Shown here: piece after piece, positions 45,349 through 48,701 of the stretch
Layout of the letters: each line of letters begins with the position of its first letter
Numbering within the stretch: the stretch's first letter is position 1
Source: Candidatus Blackburnbacteria bacterium
GTDB lineage: Bacteria; Patescibacteriota; Microgenomatia; UBA8517; UBA10165
Direction: 5' to 3'
DNA: 48,701 bases
NCBI GenBank assembly: GCA_016183565.1
Contig: JACPEJ010000003.1
Span: 1 to 48,701, forward strand
Notes under the pieces: generated by a model
The model's database searches: none
What the model was told of the DNA's origin: nothing
The model's input: the letters and a program-made list of their open reading frames with translations, nothing else
Program-made: the position numbers and the translations under genes

Positions 45349-45735
45349 TCCGTAGATTCCTTCGGTATTGATTCGGGTATATATCCAGCTTATGTGAATA
45401 TCTACCTTCTGTCAATACCTACTATGAATCTGCTGACTTCCTGTAAGGTAATTACCTCCACCCTAACAGGATCTCCGTGGGTCATTATATTCTCTCTTCT
45501 AAACATGAATGACGGATTTTCTTTAGCTGACTTCCTTCCGACCGCCCGGCGAAAGTCGCCAATCCTCTTTTGTGTCATCCCTGTTCTTTGTCTCAGGCCC
45601 TCCAACCAAATTAGTTACCCAATCTGGTCTGCCATTTTTGACTACGTTTGCACAGACGTTATGCAAAGGTAGGACTTCAACCTACTAGAGGATATAACTG
45701 CCACGCGCGTTCTAGTACTCAAGCTGAATACTATA
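44846..45735 (-). mobile_element. unclassified 890-nt insertion in the 16S decoding centre (between C1403/C1404 equivalents)
   Basis: Flanks read ACACCGCC | ... | CGUCAAGCC. With the 1-nt C ambiguity, neither possible boundary gives an exon-U/intron-G pair. The shared group I core motifs are not seen. Confidence 0.65.
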
Positions 45736-46067
45736 GGCGGTGTGTACAAAGAGCGAGAACGTATTCACCGCGGTTTAGCTGACCCGCGATTACTACCAAT
45801 TCCAAGTTCATGCAGGCGAGTTGCAGCCTGCAATCCCAACTGAGAGAAGGTTTGAGGGATTAGCTCCGCCTCGCGGCTTGGCAACCCATTGTCCTTCCCA
45901 TTGTAGTATGTGTGTTGCCCCGGATATAAGGGCCATGCGGACTTGACGTCGTCCCCTCCTTCCTCCCGAGCTAAGCTCGGGCAGTCCCATATGAACAATT
46001 TAACATATGGCAGGGGTTGCGCTCGTTGCGGCACTTAAGCCTACACCCTACGGCACGAGCTGACGAC

Positions 46068-46870
46068 CACGTTTATTTAACTATTACTAGTAGCGTGGAC
46101 TATACCTTCACCCCGACGTTACGTCGGGGGCCAACCGTATGAATGGTACTTTAAAAGTTTCCATTCTCACCCCGCCCTTATGCGGGGATCAGTCTCTACG
46201 GGGCAAAAGTTTGACCGAATATTTTTGCAGCTCAGGTAAAACTTCATCCCAAAATTTTCTTTTAAGATAAAGAACCCAAGTGCCTGCAGAATCGTAGTGA
46301 TACAAGCTAACATTTGTTTTTCCAAACAAACTCACATCTCTTATCGCATCGTCTTGATTTCCGTAGGCTATACGTACTCTCAAACGTGCTCCTTTATCAA
46401 CAGAACCATCTCCATCTATCCTGCCAGCCAAATAAGCTGGTAGAAATTTATCAGGAACAGTAAAGTTTTTCTCCTTAAAAGGTAGAAGAAACCTTACAAA
46501 CGCTCTGTTGTTAACGTAAAGATGATATGCTACTTGTTTTCTTTTTCTCCCAACTGGCTTATAAAGCCTGTATTTTATAATACAGTTTGGCAGGTGTCTT
46601 TTAAGAAAAGACTCGAACCTTCTTATAAGTCGCATATCGGTAGAAGAAAGACCAATAGAACTTGACCACCAATAACCATCTGCAAGCCAAAGACCTAAAA
46701 TATAGAAATCTTCAGCAGTTTTCGGCCACACTTTGCTTCCCACGGTATTACCCTTTGATATTTCATCTTAACCCGAAGGTTAACCGAAAATCAAGTGGGG
46801 CTTCACCGTTTTGGGTTGGTTATTTTTGTCCGACGTTACCATCGGACCGGCCATCATCCCTTGCGGGACT
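46068..46870 (-). mobile_element. group I intron in 16S after the U1060 equivalent
   Basis: Exons read GCAUGGCU | ... | GUCGUCAGCUCGUG. P1 is UGGCU/GGCCG and P10 is GAUGAU/GUCGUC. Core motifs GAAGGUAUAGUCC (46098-46109), GCCCCGUAGAGAC (46192-46204) and GGGUAAUACCGUGGGAAG (46737-46755). The intron ends in G. Confidence 0.8.
46189..46743 (-). CDS. compact double-motif LAGLIDADG homing endonuclease
   Basis: 184 aa with a GTG start. Motifs ILGLWLADGYW and YLAGRIDGDGSV. Both ORF ends overlap conserved intron core motifs. Confidence 0.75.
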   Translation of the reverse strand: MGSKVWPKTAEDFYILGLWLADGYWWSSSIGLSSTDMRLIRRFESFLKRHLPNCIIKYRLYKPVGRKRKQVAYHLYVNNRAFVRFLLPFKEKNFTVPDKFLPAYLAGRIDGDGSVDKGARLRVRIAYGNQDDAIRDVSLFGKTNVSLYHYDSAGTWVLYLKRKFWDEVLPELQKYSVKLLPRRD

Positions 46871-47001
46871 AGCCATGCAACACCTGTCCTGCACCCTCGA
46901 AGGCGACCCCATTTCTGGGGCTTGCAGCAGGATGTCAAACCCGGGTAAGGTTCTTCGGTTCGTATCGAATTAAACCACATGCTCCACTGGTTGTGCGCTC
47001 T

Positions 47002-47050
<49 letters not shown>

Positions 47051-47081
47051 CTCGCTTAACGCGTTAGCTATGGAACCCACT

Positions 47082-47225
47082 ACTCGCGCACAGCACGAGT
47101 CAGCCATAAAACAGCAAAGCTGTCTTCAACTTCGTATAAAGCTATTAGGCTATAAAGCTATGATGTCTTTTCTTCATAGCTCTATTGCTTCATCGCTTCA
47201 TCGCTAACTTGTGCTATGCACAAGT
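47082..47225 (-). repeat. hairpin-bounded rRNA mini-insertion, copy E7 (core type A, h26 region)
   Basis: actcgcgc-aca-gcacgagt at 47082-47100 and acttgtgc-tat-gcacaagt at 47207-47225. Confidence 0.8.
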
Positions 47226-47275
47226 AACAGATCCCTAGCGAGCATAGTTTACGGCTAGGACTACAGGGGTCTCTA

Positions 47276-47739
47276 CAAGTTTGTTGCACAAACTTAAATT
47301 CAAAATTTAAAGTTCAAAATGCAAAATTACATTTTAAAATTAAAGGTTGAAAAAGTTTCGGCTAAGACATTTCTGCTCAGCTCTCCATGTTGCCATGGAG
47401 GTCGGACTATATCTTCATCCCGAGCTAAGCTCGGGAGCCGACGTGTAGTCTCTACGGGGTCAAGTTACTATTGAGGCTAGACAGTAGAAACTAGATGTTA
47501 GAACTTGATGCTAGATGTTTGAGCCTAGTAGGTGCTTTACAAACTTCTAAATCACGAAACGTCTTTTATCATCAAGCATCGACCTTCTAACTTCAAGGTC
47601 GAACTTCTAATTTCCATCGTCTAACCTCAACATAACCGACTTCCCTCGGTATTACCCTTCGACTTTGTTCAGGGCTTCACCGATACAGTTGGATTTTCTC
47701 ACGTAGTGTTACCACTACGGGGGACTAGAGACAAGCTCC
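47276..47739 (-). mobile_element. ORF-less group I intron in 16S after the U788 equivalent
   Basis: Exons read GCGAAAGGGAU | ... | UAGAGACCCCUGUAGUCC. P1 is GGGAU/GUCCC and P10 is GUCUCUA/UAGAGAC. Core motifs GAAGAUAUAGUCC (47404-47416), GACCCCGUAGAGAC (47448-47461) and GGGUAAUACCGAGGGAAGUCGG (47636-47659). Confidence 0.82.
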
Positions 47740-48294
47740 ATCCCTTTCGCTCCCCTAGCTTTCGTTCCTCAGCGTCAGATATTTCCTAGGTGCCCGCCTT
47801 CGCTGTTGGTGTTCCTGTCGATATCAACGGATTTCACCCCTCCACCGACAGTTCCAGCACCCCCGGAAGATCTCTAAGCATGATCGTATCTTGCGACCAA
47901 TCCCGATTAAGTCGAGATCTTTAACACAAGACGCATCACGCCGCCTACGAACTCTTTACGCCCAGTAAATCCGGACAACGCTTGCACCCTCCGCATTACC
48001 GAGGCTTCTGGCACGGAGTTAGCAGGTGCTTATTCTCCCCGACGTGTGTCGGGACAAAAGGAGTTTACAACCCGAAGGCCTTCATCCCCCACGCGGCGTC
48101 GCGGCGTCAGACTTTCGTCCATTGCGCACGATTCCCGGTTGCTGCCACCCGTAGGTGTAAGGACCGTGTCTCAGTTCCTTTCTGGGGGGTCGTGCTCTCA
48201 CACCCCCTACCCGTCATAGCCTTGGTAGGCCGTTACCCTACCAACTAGCTGATAGGCCGCAGGTCGTTCCCTAAGCGCGCCGTTAAGCGCTTTT

Positions 48295-48438
48295 ACTCAC
48301 GCACAGCACGAGTCAGCCATAAAACAGCAAAGCTGTCTTCAACTTCGTATAAAGCTATTAGGCTATAAAGCTATGATGTCTTTTCTTCATAGCTCCATAG
48401 CTTCATTGATACATAGCTAACTTGTGCTATGCACAAGT
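48295..48438 (-). repeat. hairpin-bounded rRNA mini-insertion, copy E8 (core type A)
   Basis: actcacgc-aca-gcacgagt at 48295-48313 and acttgtgc-tat-gcacaagt at 48420-48438. The core is nearly identical to E7. Confidence 0.8.
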
Positions 48439-48520
48439 GGTATGGAGTATTACCCCGTCTTTCGACGAGCTATTCTTCTCCCTAAGGTAAGTTCTCACGC
48501 GTTACTCACCCGTCTGCCAC

Positions 48521-48639
48521 TCTCGTGCGAAGCACGAGAACTACGAACTGAGAACTTAGAACAAAGAATAAAAATAAATTATTCCTTATTGTTCTTAGTT
48601 CTTGGTTCTTTGTTCATAGTGCTTGTGCTCCGCACAAGC
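48521..48639 (-). repeat. hairpin-bounded insertion, copy E9 (core type C, expands h6)
   Basis: tctcgtgc-gaa-gcacgaga at 48521-48539 and gcttgtgc-tcc-gcacaagc at 48621-48639. The core is a long gaacttagaac/gttcttagttc hairpin. Confidence 0.7.
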
Positions 48640-48657
48640 GTTCGACTTGCATGCCTA

Positions 48658-48700
<43 letters not shown>

Positions 48701-48701
48701 A

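Overview
AT-rich bacterial contig (about 35-43% GC from spot counts of single 60-nt lines). Compact genes, partial pathways, many toxin-antitoxin pairs and heavily interrupted rRNA genes suggest a Candidate Phyla Radiation/Patescibacteria genome; that assignment is inference only. Positions 1-34.5 kb hold housekeeping and accessory genes. These include a DPPY DNA methylase plus UvrD-like helicase at the contig edge, dnaB, a T-box-like leader in front of hisG-hisI-hisE, two LOG/TIGR00725-like genes, rpmE and an N-terminally short RF1. Also present are HtrA, a Ctp peptidase, rpsR-ssb-rpsF, ychF, purD, a DEAD-box helicase, and HicAB, Fic, Doc/AbrB and NYN modules. A GC-rich island (about 13.9-16.6 kb) carries a PRTase-like gene, a second hisS and tRNA-His(GUG), directly abutting the AT-rich native hisS. 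Positions 34.7-48.7 kb are one minus-strand rRNA operon: 16S - tRNA-Ile ... tRNA-Ala - 23S - 5S. The 16S locus is 3,985 bp and the 23S locus about 5,849 bp. They contain at least four group I introns (three share one core), an 8-nt micro-exon between two introns in 23S helix 71, three LAGLIDADG ORFs and a four-helix-bundle ORF. An unclassified 890-nt insertion sits in the 16S decoding centre. The finding I rate highest is a family of nine 115-150-nt insertions that share two conserved terminal hairpins but carry different cores. The tRNA-Ile/tRNA-Ala spacer holds 3.1 kb of protein genes, including RelE/Phd. All rRNA boundaries come from manual alignment to remembered E. coli sequences and may be off by a few nt.
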